Below are positions 28,778 through 38,469 of a stretch of 64,000 nucleotides of DNA, in pieces (within the stretch, counting starts at the first letter, position 1; every line of letters starts with the position of its first letter). The stretch is from Candidatus Obscuribacterales bacterium. GTDB taxonomy: Bacteria > Cyanobacteriota > Vampirovibrionia > Obscuribacterales > Obscuribacteraceae. The stretch is taken from assembly GCA_965228855.1 (NCBI GenBank), contig CBDDIJ010000003.1, forward strand, positions 1-64,000, read 5' to 3'. Below the pieces are notes generated by a model. It was not told where the DNA came from. It saw only the letters and a program-made list of their open reading frames with translations, and ran no database searches. The position numbers and the translations under genes were made by a program.

Positions 28778-30877
28778 ATGATGAACAAAAAACAGTTAGA
28801 AATGTTCGGTAGAGATAAGACTCTGAAAAATCCTCAATCAAAAAAACAGACTTCGCTCGAAACGAAGATCGGCTTGTACTGGCTTCACCGCCTGGGGATA
28901 GTCAGTCTCGTTTTCGGCGTCATGTTTTTGATCACTTATTCTATTCAATTATTTGGAAATCCATTTCTCGAGACGTGCTTGAAACTCGGCTCGGGAATTG
29001 CCGTTTCTATCTTTTTGATTTTCTTTGGCAGGCATATGTCTAAGAACGATAATCAAAAATGGTTCGGGCATGGTCTGACGGCTGGGGGCTGGTCGCTGGC
29101 GTATTTCACAACTTATGCAGCGCACTATATTCCGGAAACAAGAATTATTTTTTCGTTGCCGCTTGAAACAATATTGCTGTCGACCGTCGCTGTCGGTTCT
29201 CTATTCAGCTCATTGCGAGCGCGTTCGGAACTGATGGCGATCTATTCTGTAACGCTTGCCGCGTTAACCATATTGATGAATGGTCCGGCATTTTTCGGCG
29301 CGATTTCATTCTTAATCATCGCGATTGTCGCATCGATTCTCGGTAACACACAATCGTGGAGAAGGTTATTCTCATTCGCTCTTGCGTCCTGCTACATCGG
29401 GCTTTTCTACTGCAGTTTCGATCCTAAAGCAGATCCGTTTGTGGCAACTGGATTCTTATTCGCGATGTGGACGATATTCAGTATCGGAATTGGTTTCTCC
29501 TTGCGAATTCCGGAGACAGCGCGCAACTCGATGACGGTGCTCGCGTGTGTCAACGCCATGATCTTCGCTACTGGTTTTGCCGTGAGTGATACTGCGCGTG
29601 TAAACTCATTGCACCAGGTTCTATTCGTCTTCGCCGGTGTGTTGTACCTCGGCATGTATAAATTTCTCTCCCAGCATAATCAGGAGCAGCATAAACTCGT
29701 GCATTCACTCCTCGGTTTGTTTTTCATAAACATATCCAAGTGTATGCACTTCTCCGGCTTGACGATGCTGAGTGTGGATGTGCTTCAAATCGGTCTTCTC
29801 GCTGTCGTCGGTTTGAAATACAAAATCAAATCTTTCAGCTGGGTCGCTGTCGCTTTGACTGTGATTTTCATACCGCTATGGTTGTTTGGTGCCGAAACCA
29901 AAATAGCTGATATCGCATTTGGCTTCACAGCCTGGGAGTACGCGCGCATAGGGCTGTCCGCCGCTGCAACAATGGCAGCGCTTGCATTCCTCTACGAGAA
30001 GTTCGGAGAGCGAGAGACGAGTCCGGCTGATGCCGAACGTGATTCGCTCGATGACTTGCTTGCAAACGAGCCGGAGAATTCCTACACATACTTCTATCAT
30101 CTGGTTGCCAACGTCATGGTCGCAGGCGTTATCGTCGCTAGAGTAATCGAGCCGAGCTGGCAAGTCTTCGGGCTGGCTGCGCTTTCCACAGCCAATCTGA
30201 TTGTCGGTGTAAAAAGGAATTCGAACTACTTCTCTTTTGTCGGACTTGTCCCGCTCGTATTAGGAGTAGGCCTGGCGTGCGTTTCGATCCCGAGTTGGTC
30301 GGCACTTCCATTAACACTCGCTACTGTATTGTTGTTCGCTCACTACGGATTTAGCAGAATCTTCTCCGGGACTGAGCGTGCTGAGAATGTTGAAGTCGCT
30401 CATTGGGTAAGTCCCATCACAGGCATCGCTTTGCTGACTGCTTTGATTCTTCTCAAGGCGCCTTCGGACTATGTTTCACTCGGACTTGGAATTGAGGGCG
30501 CGGTATTCGTTACTGTTGGTTTTCTCTTGAAGGAAGCATTCTTCCGCTATTCCGGATTGAGCATTCTGGCGATGCTCACGTTCAAATTGTTGTTCGTCGA
30601 TCTTGCGAATCACAACACGCTGGAACGGATCTTGTCATTCATTGCAGCTGGCGTGGTTTTCCTCGCTTCATCCTACTTGTATGCGCGGTTCACCCAGGTC
30701 GATTCCGCTGATGACGGTAGTGGAGATGCTGACGGCGATGATGAAAACGAAAGCGCGGTTGATGACGACCCAATTGCTGTCTTGATAGATGACTTCAATA
30801 TTAGCGTTCAGAATGGTGCAGCCAGTGTGCAGAACGTAATTGAAGTTGATGCAGCCAAGGTCGAGCATACGGTTTAA
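28778..30877 (+). CDS. DUF2339-like polytopic membrane protein
   Basis: LETKIGLYWLHRLG N-terminus, many TM helices, KLLFVDL...RILSFI C-terminus, acidic tail. Confidence 0.8.
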   Translation: MMNKKQLEMFGRDKTLKNPQSKKQTSLETKIGLYWLHRLGIVSLVFGVMFLITYSIQLFGNPFLETCLKLGSGIAVSIFLIFFGRHMSKNDNQKWFGHGLTAGGWSLAYFTTYAAHYIPETRIIFSLPLETILLSTVAVGSLFSSLRARSELMAIYSVTLAALTILMNGPAFFGAISFLIIAIVASILGNTQSWRRLFSFALASCYIGLFYCSFDPKADPFVATGFLFAMWTIFSIGIGFSLRIPETARNSMTVLACVNAMIFATGFAVSDTARVNSLHQVLFVFAGVLYLGMYKFLSQHNQEQHKLVHSLLGLFFINISKCMHFSGLTMLSVDVLQIGLLAVVGLKYKIKSFSWVAVALTVIFIPLWLFGAETKIADIAFGFTAWEYARIGLSAAATMAALAFLYEKFGERETSPADAERDSLDDLLANEPENSYTYFYHLVANVMVAGVIVARVIEPSWQVFGLAALSTANLIVGVKRNSNYFSFVGLVPLVLGVGLACVSIPSWSALPLTLATVLLFAHYGFSRIFSGTERAENVEVAHWVSPITGIALLTALILLKAPSDYVSLGLGIEGAVFVTVGFLLKEAFFRYSGLSILAMLTFKLLFVDLANHNTLERILSFIAAGVVFLASSYLYARFTQVDSADDGSGDADGDDENESAVDDDPIAVLIDDFNISVQNGAASVQNVIEVDAAKVEHTV

Positions 30878-30897
30878 CACGCGAAGACCGACATAGC

Positions 30898-30935
30898 AGG
30901 ACGGTGGATGGCTTTAGCCATTCACTGTTTTGTTT
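30898..30935 (+). terminator. Intrinsic terminator
   Basis: GGACGGTGGATGGCT-tt-AGCCATTCACTGTTT followed by TGTTT. Confidence 0.7.
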
Positions 30936-31228
30936 GCACGAACCTTGAATGGGCTTTCTCGGGTGTTATAGATGAGTCTTTCAAAAATTAGCCAGGGACT
31001 TTTACAAAATATTTTGGACTGCGGATATATCGCAGCTTGACTCGGTAGGATTTTAAATGAGCCACCGAATATGACACCGTAGCTGCGCAAGCAGCCTGCA
31101 CGCCTGATGGTGGAATCATCCTAAAAAACAGACGCTGTTCTGAGTGTATATGTGAACCATATCGCTCCGGCGTCGTTTCTCCAAAGCACGGATCCATGCA
31201 TAATACATACTTGTACAAAGGTCGGAAG

Positions 31229-32857
31229 ATGTTCCTAGAATCACACAGTTCGCAGAGCACCATTCAGCTTGCATCTGAATCGCTCGCCGATGGCGTTTTC
31301 CAGCGTTCCGCCAAACCATTTTTAAAGTGGGTTGGTGGAAAAACGCAGCTGATTCAGCAGTTAGATAGTAATTCTCCTGCGGAACTCAAGAGCGGGTCAA
31401 TTAAAACCTACGTAGAGCCTTTCGTCGGTGGTGGCTCGTTCTTCTTTCACGTCGCGCAGCGATATAACGTCGAGAAACTCATAATTGCCGACAGTAATCA
31501 AGATTTGATTCTTGCTTACTGGACGATTCGAGACCGGGTTTTATCGCTAATTCAAGTTCTGGAAGATATGCAATCGAAATATCTGAGTTTGGCTGAGGCG
31601 CAAAGAGAAGATTTTTATTACGCAACCCGAAAAGTCTTTAACGAAACTAAGCAGGCTTTCGATTTTGAAACATCTTCGGACGCTTGGGTCGAGCGCGCTG
31701 CTCAGCTTATATTTTTGAATAAGACTTGCTTCAACGGACTGTTTAGAGTCAATGCAGCCGGCCTCTTCAACGTTGCATTCGGAAAGTATGTGAATCCGAA
31801 AATTTGCGATCCAGGTAATTTGCAAGCAGTTTCACAGATTCTTGCACGCACGCAGATCTTACTTGGCGATTTTTCTAGCGTACTGTCCCTGGTTGATTCG
31901 AAGTCGTTCGTTTACCTCGATCCTCCGTATCGTCCACTGTCGGAAACATCGAATTTTACGGGCTACTCGTCAAACTCCTTCACTGACCAAGACCAGACGA
32001 GACTTGCAGACTTTTGCCAAAGTGCCACCAGCGATGGTGCGAAGCTGATGATAAGCAATTCCGATCCGGAGAATGTCGGATCTGATGATTCGTACTTTCA
32101 GGAACTTTATCCTGGCTATACCATTAATCGTGCCTACGCTAGCCGGATGGTCAACTGCAAAGCCGATAAGCGTGGCAAGATTAGCGAGCTGATTATCACT
32201 AATTACGCTCCGGATAAGGAGCAGTCGGAACCGACTCCTGAAGTTACGCAGCTCAGTCTGACGACTTCTGCCGCCACCGAAGTCAACTTTGTGGCGCTTA
32301 CCGATGTGAAGGTTGCATCAAAGAATTCAAAGGTCGAGGCGGAAACGTCTAGCGAGACGAAAATGCCAGACTGCGCCACTCCGGATGTATCTGAATCTGC
32401 TCAGGTCACTTCTAAATCTGAATCGAAGCCGGCCTCTTCTTCTTCTTCTTCTTCGCAGTCTAAGCGGAGCGCGCCGGCCCTGGGTGCTTTCAAGCTACTG
32501 ACCGAATACGCTCAGAAGGAACAAGCCTTCGAGATTGCTGAACTCTGTGAGGCGACTGGCTGGAAAGAGCAGACTGCAAGAACATACGTTTCGAAGAAAT
32601 GGAAGGACTATCTGGAGTCCGTGGATGGGGCGAAGTCCAAACTGCTAAAGGTAAAAAAGGCGTTTCTGGGCCATACGGAGGACAGCTTCCTTGCTGAGTT
32701 TTCGCAGGCACTTAGCGTGCAGAATGCCAGACCTCAGAGTCTAGACGAGGCTAAGAGTCGGGCTCGCGCGGCATTGCTAACATTTGCCGAATTCTTGTCT
32801 GAGTCTCAGCAGCCCTCCGAAGAGGCGCGTATCCGAGCGCTTGCAGATCAACTTTAA
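31229..32857 (+). CDS. Dam/DpnM-family N6-adenine DNA methyltransferase with a long linker and C-terminal putative HTH domain
   Basis: KWVGGK, EPFVGGG, FNGLFRVN, YLDPPY; about 210 extra C-terminal residues. Confidence 0.9.
   Translation: MFLESHSSQSTIQLASESLADGVFQRSAKPFLKWVGGKTQLIQQLDSNSPAELKSGSIKTYVEPFVGGGSFFFHVAQRYNVEKLIIADSNQDLILAYWTIRDRVLSLIQVLEDMQSKYLSLAEAQREDFYYATRKVFNETKQAFDFETSSDAWVERAAQLIFLNKTCFNGLFRVNAAGLFNVAFGKYVNPKICDPGNLQAVSQILARTQILLGDFSSVLSLVDSKSFVYLDPPYRPLSETSNFTGYSSNSFTDQDQTRLADFCQSATSDGAKLMISNSDPENVGSDDSYFQELYPGYTINRAYASRMVNCKADKRGKISELIITNYAPDKEQSEPTPEVTQLSLTTSAATEVNFVALTDVKVASKNSKVEAETSSETKMPDCATPDVSESAQVTSKSESKPASSSSSSSQSKRSAPALGAFKLLTEYAQKEQAFEIAELCEATGWKEQTARTYVSKKWKDYLESVDGAKSKLLKVKKAFLGHTEDSFLAEFSQALSVQNARPQSLDEAKSRARAALLTFAEFLSESQQPSEEARIRALADQL
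32435..32452 (+). repeat. (TCT)6 microsatellite encoding poly-Ser in the methylase linker
   Basis: tcttcttcttcttcttct, in frame. Confidence 0.8.
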
Positions 32858-32934
32858 GCATCTGACCTTTTGCACACTTGTGTGCAGGTGTATTATTTCT
32901 GTCGTATCACGACAGCGAGTTACATCGTCCTGAC

Positions 32935-34281
32935 ATGGTGCTTACAACTCCGAGCGATAGCGATATCTTTGTTGACGAAGACGTTCAGGAATCAGACCTG
33001 AAGAACGATCTGGCGTGGCAAAAAGTTTTTGAACGGACACCGATACTTCGCGAGATTGAGGAGCACGGGTACTTTCTAATTTCTGCTAAAGAACTTCAGA
33101 CTGCTAGTGATGAACGCCAGCCCCGTCTAATGGTCAAGTTCGATTTTAACTTTCAACGTCCCGCCTTGTTTCGAACGCACAAGCTCAACATTTTGCCTTT
33201 GAAGCGCGGTAATTATGTGGTGTTTCGCGATCCGAAAAACATCTGCTATTTCGCGTTTCCCAAGTCTGGAGAAGCCGGCCGACCGATTTCGCACGCGCCA
33301 ACTAAGGATGTTGAGATTTACGATACGTTGGAACGTGAGCTCTGTGCCACTGAGTGTGATGCCGTCGACCTGGCGCACGCCTCCGGCCTTTTGCAGAGTT
33401 TCTGTGGGACCAACGCGCTTATCTTGACTAAGCGAGGGCGTTTTGGTTCCGGTCAGTTCAACGTTCGCCTGCCGGGATGTGGCATTGAAATTTCCGTGGA
33501 CGGTGCGCAGATTGAAGTCGATTCTGTATACGAATCTGATGATGCCGTTGTCCTCATCGAGGCAAAGCGTGGTTTTCATGAAGAGTTTCATACCCGTCAG
33601 CTCTATTACCCATATCAATGGCTTGCAGCGAAAACCAAGAAGAAAATCATTCCTATTTTTCTGTGTTACTCAAATGGCAAGTTTCAACTGAACCAGTTTG
33701 ATATCGGCACCGCATTTGGTGATATGAAGCTCGTGCGGCAGGAGTATTTCTTCATCGGCAAATATGCCGTCGCACCTGGCGATTTAGAAGCAATGCTGGC
33801 CGCGAGCGCAGAGGCTGAGGAGAGCAAAGTCGCGTTCCCACAGGCTAATGATGTAGACAAAATTGTTGACGTTGTGAGTTTGATTGAAGCCGGAATTGTC
33901 GATAAGCCATCGCTCGTTGATGTGTTAGGCTTCTCTGAGAGGCAGGCGCACTATTATCTCACGGCGGCCAAGTATCTGGGCTTCCTCAAGTCATCCACCG
34001 AACTAACTCCAATAGGCGAGCGCTTGGTCTCGGCTCCCCAGCAAATTGTACGGTCGAAACTAATTCTGGACTGTATGTTCTCCAGACCCGTGCTCCGTGA
34101 AGGTATGCTCGCGTTTAAATCTTTGAACTTCGACAAAAACGAGCTTTCCGAAGACATGATCGTTCCCATGATTTTAAGACATCGAATCAGAGACAATTAT
34201 TCGGTAAGCACGTTAAAACGTCGTGCGGACTGCGTTCTTCGGTGGCTTCGCTGGCTGCAAGTCAACTGCGATTTGCAGTAA
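32935..34281 (+). CDS. Putative type II restriction endonuclease (PD-(D/E)XK)
   Basis: QIEVD...VLIEAK catalytic-type motif; C-terminal helical FPQAND...RQAHYYLTAAKYLG domain; directly downstream of the methylase. Confidence 0.7.
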   Translation: MVLTTPSDSDIFVDEDVQESDLKNDLAWQKVFERTPILREIEEHGYFLISAKELQTASDERQPRLMVKFDFNFQRPALFRTHKLNILPLKRGNYVVFRDPKNICYFAFPKSGEAGRPISHAPTKDVEIYDTLERELCATECDAVDLAHASGLLQSFCGTNALILTKRGRFGSGQFNVRLPGCGIEISVDGAQIEVDSVYESDDAVVLIEAKRGFHEEFHTRQLYYPYQWLAAKTKKKIIPIFLCYSNGKFQLNQFDIGTAFGDMKLVRQEYFFIGKYAVAPGDLEAMLAASAEAEESKVAFPQANDVDKIVDVVSLIEAGIVDKPSLVDVLGFSERQAHYYLTAAKYLGFLKSSTELTPIGERLVSAPQQIVRSKLILDCMFSRPVLREGMLAFKSLNFDKNELSEDMIVPMILRHRIRDNYSVSTLKRRADCVLRWLRWLQVNCDLQ

Positions 34282-34324
34282 GACTTTTAACCTCAGCCAG
34301 ATCTGCCTCTTAATTCAGGGAATA

Positions 34325-34759
34325 TCAAATCCCGGGGCGCACGTTTCGAACGCCAAATGCTGGTTTGTGCCATATTCGAGCGCCGCAGAGCTTTTCATCG
34401 GCGTCAAATTCAAGTGATAAAACAACGTCGTTCAGTTCGTAGTGATCTTTATCGAACTCCGGTGGACCTTCAGGCGGAAGCGGTTTAAACCCTAGTTTCT
34501 CTTGTACGTCGGTTCGCTGGTCGCCGAACTTGACTCCGACAGGAAGGTCACAGGCACCATCATCTAGCTTCAACGACGCAACACTAAGCGTGCCGTTTTT
34601 ATCTAGCAGTGTAAAACCGCTTTTGCGAAACATTCGAAGCTGACCTCGATTTCCAGGAGTTTCCGGAACATCGTCCAGGTCACTTACAAGCCTTTGGTAC
34701 TCCGGCGAATCAAGTTTCTTTCCGAGCACTGAAATAATACGACTTAGCAAATCCTTCAT
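34325..34759 (-). CDS. Hypothetical protein
   Basis: 144-aa ORF beginning 4 nt after the dehydrogenase stop. Confidence 0.65.
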   Translation of the reverse strand: MKDLLSRIISVLGKKLDSPEYQRLVSDLDDVPETPGNRGQLRMFRKSGFTLLDKNGTLSVASLKLDDGACDLPVGVKFGDQRTDVQEKLGFKPLPPEGPPEFDKDHYELNDVVLSLEFDADEKLCGARIWHKPAFGVRNVRPGI

Positions 34760-34763
34760 ATCG

Positions 34764-36233
34764 TTATTTTGAATATTTGTACGAGATTGTCTTTGCTTCG
34801 GAGAAGAATTCCAAACTGTATCGTCCGCCCTCGCGCCCTACGCCGGAAGATTTCTGTCCTCCGAACGGTGTTCTCAAATCGCGGGCGAACCAGCAGTTTA
34901 CCCACACGAGACCGCTGCGAATGCCCTTCGAGACTCGATGGCAGCGATTAACGTTCTCACTCCAGATTGAGCAAGACAATCCATAGGGAGTTGAATTCGC
35001 ATATTCAATCGCTTGTTCTTCCGAATCGAAAGGCACCACTGGCAATACCGGTCCAAAAATCTCCTCTTTAAGCAGTTTCGAATCGATTCCCAATCCTTCG
35101 AACATCGTAGGAGCGATGAAGTAGCCGTCTCCCATGTTTGTGAGCCGTTCTCCACCGCAGAGGAGTTTGCCCTCTTTCTTTCCGTGCTCGATGTAGGTCA
35201 GAACCTTTTCCATATGTTCTTTTGAGATCATCGCGCCCATTTGAGTTTTAGGATCAAGCGGGTCGCCCACCTTGATGTTCTTTACTCTTTCGACCAGCGC
35301 ATCGACGACCTTTTTATATGCGTCTTTATGAACGAACAGTCGTGAGCCAGCAAGACAGATTTGACCCTGGTTTCGGTACGCAGCCCGGACTGATGTCTCA
35401 ATCGCTTCGTCCAGGTTTGCATCATCGAAAATGATGTTAGCGCCTTTGCCGCCAAGTTCGAAAGATAACTTCTTGAGAGTCGCCGCTGCATTCTTCATAA
35501 TGGCGCGACCGGTCGAAGTCTCTCCGGTAAACGAAATCGAACGCACTCCCGGATGCACTGTAAGTGCTTCGCCAGCCGCATCCGCGCCGAAGCCGTTGAC
35601 GATATTAAAGACACCTTTCGGCACGCCTGCTTTCGCGCAAATATCGGCGAGAAGGTATGCGGTGTACGGAGTCCATTCCGCCGGCTTTAAGACTATGGAG
35701 TTGCCCATCATCAGAGCCGGAGCAATTTTCCACGTGGCAAGATATAGCGGCAGGTTCCACGGTGTTATCAAACCGCAGACGCCAACCGGCTCGCGGACCG
35801 CAACGTGCATTTCCATTGGCGATGGTACAAACGCTTCTTCCACATAGGAGCTTGCGAACTGCGCGAAGAAGTGAAAGTTCTGCGCTGCGCGCGGAATGTC
35901 ACCTGTTGAACTTTCGCTTATTGGTTTACCGGTGTCCAGAGTTTCTGCTCGGGCTAACTCATCTTTGCGTTCCAAAATCAGGTCGCCGATGCGGTGCACC
36001 ACCGCAGCTCGTTCTTGAACCGACATCCGCGCCCATGGTCCCCGCTCGAACGCTTCGGTCGCTGTCATGACTGCATCGTTGATATCATCTGCGGTGCCGA
36101 GTGCGACGTGACCGTGAACCTGTCCCGTAGCCGGATTGATCGTTTCAAACGTTTTGCCGGACTTCCCTTTGACGTATTCGCCTCCAATAAAATTGTCGAT
36201 TTGAACCGTCTTCGTTGGTGTTGTAGCAGTCAC
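34764..36233 (-). CDS. 2-aminomuconate/2-hydroxymuconate semialdehyde dehydrogenase
   Basis: ALDH motifs (PWNLPLYLATWKIAP, FELGGK, NQGQIC, EEIFGP) plus the subfamily signature VNCWFARDLRTPFGG. Confidence 0.88.
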   Translation of the reverse strand: MTATTPTKTVQIDNFIGGEYVKGKSGKTFETINPATGQVHGHVALGTADDINDAVMTATEAFERGPWARMSVQERAAVVHRIGDLILERKDELARAETLDTGKPISESSTGDIPRAAQNFHFFAQFASSYVEEAFVPSPMEMHVAVREPVGVCGLITPWNLPLYLATWKIAPALMMGNSIVLKPAEWTPYTAYLLADICAKAGVPKGVFNIVNGFGADAAGEALTVHPGVRSISFTGETSTGRAIMKNAAATLKKLSFELGGKGANIIFDDANLDEAIETSVRAAYRNQGQICLAGSRLFVHKDAYKKVVDALVERVKNIKVGDPLDPKTQMGAMISKEHMEKVLTYIEHGKKEGKLLCGGERLTNMGDGYFIAPTMFEGLGIDSKLLKEEIFGPVLPVVPFDSEEQAIEYANSTPYGLSCSIWSENVNRCHRVSKGIRSGLVWVNCWFARDLRTPFGGQKSSGVGREGGRYSLEFFSEAKTISYKYSK

Positions 36234-36306
36234 AGAATTGCGCCTCCATTGGCTTTGTTCGCAGCGGTCGGTTTGATTCCTGGCAAACGCTTGAGTTCAA
36301 ATAGCG

Positions 36307-36759
36307 CTAACCGTTTGGGTAAATTGCAGTGGCTTTTATTTCGATGTGATTTTTGCCTGGCAGCTTCGAGACTTCAACGGTCGTGCGTGCCGGCGGATCT
36401 GGAAACGAGAAATGTTTTTCGTATACCTTATTGTATTTCGGAAAGTCTTTCATGTTTGACAGGAAAACCGTCACGTCGACGAGATCGTTCATCGTCAGTC
36501 CGGCTTCCTCCAATGTTACCCGCAGGTTCTTAATCACAGCTTCTGTTTGTACTTCGATGTCGTAGGACACGATGTTGCCGTCAGTGTCAACTTCTACGCC
36601 TTCTTCCTCGCCGGTGTCTGGGTGACGTGCGCCTTGACCGGACACGAATAGAAAGCCGCCGGCTTTCACCGCGTGTGAGTAGGAGCCCAGCGGGCGGGGC
36701 GCTTTGCCCGTGATGTTGAACCCGATTTTCGCCTTGGTTTTGTCGCTAGAATCTGACAC
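36307..36759 (-). CDS. RidA family protein, probable 2-aminomuconate deaminase
   Basis: YSHAVKAGGFLFVSG, PARTTV, IEIKATA; next to the semialdehyde dehydrogenase. Confidence 0.85.
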   Translation of the reverse strand: MSDSSDKTKAKIGFNITGKAPRPLGSYSHAVKAGGFLFVSGQGARHPDTGEEEGVEVDTDGNIVSYDIEVQTEAVIKNLRVTLEEAGLTMNDLVDVTVFLSNMKDFPKYNKVYEKHFSFPDPPARTTVEVSKLPGKNHIEIKATAIYPNG

Positions 36760-36878
36760 TATGCACCTGAATTGGTCGCTTGAGCCTCAAAGTTTATTAC
36801 GAAAATCTCGGTTATAGGAAAATCTTTCGATTCACGTTGTAATGTTAGCAAGCAAGTCCATCAAACGCGGAGCCAGCC

Positions 36879-37547
36879 ATGTCAGACGCGGTTATTTCGA
36901 ACTATTCTCGAATCATTGATATCTCCCAGCCGGTTGATTCTACGAGTGCGTGTTTCCCTGGCGATGTGCCGTTTTCGCGCAACATAACGGTTTCGTACAA
37001 AGACAGTGGAGTTTTGAACTTGACTTCTTTGACTATGAGCCCGCATGTTGGAACACACGCGGACTCACCTGTCCATATCAAGGGCGATATGAGCGAAAAC
37101 GAAGGTATGGCGTCGCAATTGCCCCTTGAAGCATTTATTGGTCCGGTGCGCGTCATCGACCTCGCTCCCTACGAAGGCGGAATTACAGCAGAGCAATTTC
37201 TTTCCAAGGTTGCGAAACTGGAAACATTGCCGCCGCGCATTTTGTTTAAGACCTGCCACCAGATTCGGTACCAGGTTTGGGAAGAGAAATACGCATTTCT
37301 CACGGTCGAGCTAGTGGAAGCGCTTCAGTCGAAGGGCGTTAAGCTAGTCGGCATCGACACTCCATCGGTTGACCACACCGAATCCAAAAATTTGGAAACA
37401 CATCATAAACTCGACGAATTCAATTTTGTCTGGTTGGAGAATTTGGATCTCACGAAAGTCGACGAGGGAAACTACTTTCTTGTGGCGCCGCCGCTCAAGT
37501 TTGTGGAACTGGAAGCTTCGCCTGTTCGTGCGGTACTTCTTGCGTAG
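36879..37547 (+). CDS. kynB: Kynurenine formamidase (cyclase family)
   Basis: HVGTHADSPVH, GIDTPSVD, LENL, ASPVRAVL. Confidence 0.85.
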   Translation: MSDAVISNYSRIIDISQPVDSTSACFPGDVPFSRNITVSYKDSGVLNLTSLTMSPHVGTHADSPVHIKGDMSENEGMASQLPLEAFIGPVRVIDLAPYEGGITAEQFLSKVAKLETLPPRILFKTCHQIRYQVWEEKYAFLTVELVEALQSKGVKLVGIDTPSVDHTESKNLETHHKLDEFNFVWLENLDLTKVDEGNYFLVAPPLKFVELEASPVRAVLLA

Positions 37548-37627
37548 GGTGAACGATTGATACCCAGTTGCTTTCGCTTATCTGCTTTTTTTACAAACGA
37601 TTTCAGCTTCAACAAGACGGAGAAAAT

Positions 37628-38407
37628 ATGTTCGGTAAACCGTGCTCGCTAATCGGAGTTATTCACCTGCCGCCGCTCCCCGGTGCAGCAGGCTGGGATG
37701 GCAATTTGAACAGGCTTGTCGAGCAAGCTTTGAGCGAAGCTGCGCTTTATGATGAAACAGGTTTTGACGGGCTCATCGTCGAGAACACTCATGATACGCC
37801 TTATTTAAAAGGCGAGGTTGGTGCCGAAACCACGGCGAGCATGACCGTAATTTGTCATCGATTGAGACAAGAATTTAAAAAGCCGCTCGGTGTGCAGGTT
37901 CTGGCTGGAGCTAATATAGAAGCTCTTGCGATCGCGGCTGCTTGCGATTTTGAGTTCATTCGAGTCGAGGGTTTCGTCTTCGCACATATCGGTGATGAAG
38001 GATTGCATGATGCGTGCGCTGGGAAACTTATTCGCCATCGCTTCAACATCAAAGCCGATAAGGTAAAAATCTTTGCCGACATCAAGAAGAAGCACTCGTC
38101 AAATGCTATTACTAGTGACATTTCGATTGCCGAAACCGCCAACATGGCTGAATACTTTAGAGCTGATGGCGTTATTGTTACTGGCATGAGAACCGGTGTT
38201 GAGGCTGATTTAGACGAAGTGCGTTCTGTCAAGGAAGCGACATCTCTTCCGGTACTCATAGGCTCTGGTGTGACTTGGGATAATCTCGCCTCATATGCCG
38301 CATGCTCCGATGCTCTGATTATCGGCTCCAGCGTGAAGGTAGACGGACAGTGGCAGAACAAACTCGACCGTGAACGTTGCAAACGAATAGTGGACGCGTT
38401 GGTTTAG
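37628..38407 (+). CDS. BtpA/SgcQ family protein
   Basis: IGVIHLPPLPG, VENTHDTPY, ADIKKKHS, LIGSGV. Confidence 0.9.
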   Translation: MFGKPCSLIGVIHLPPLPGAAGWDGNLNRLVEQALSEAALYDETGFDGLIVENTHDTPYLKGEVGAETTASMTVICHRLRQEFKKPLGVQVLAGANIEALAIAAACDFEFIRVEGFVFAHIGDEGLHDACAGKLIRHRFNIKADKVKIFADIKKKHSSNAITSDISIAETANMAEYFRADGVIVTGMRTGVEADLDEVRSVKEATSLPVLIGSGVTWDNLASYAACSDALIIGSSVKVDGQWQNKLDRERCKRIVDALV

Positions 38408-38469
38408 CCAGCCTGACATTCGTTGTACCGAACGCGAGAATCAAAAGGTCTCAACGCACCATCTCCCTA

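Noticed and set aside
32435..32452. Phase-variation switch in the methylase
   Set aside because: Triplet repeat in frame; slippage would change only linker length.
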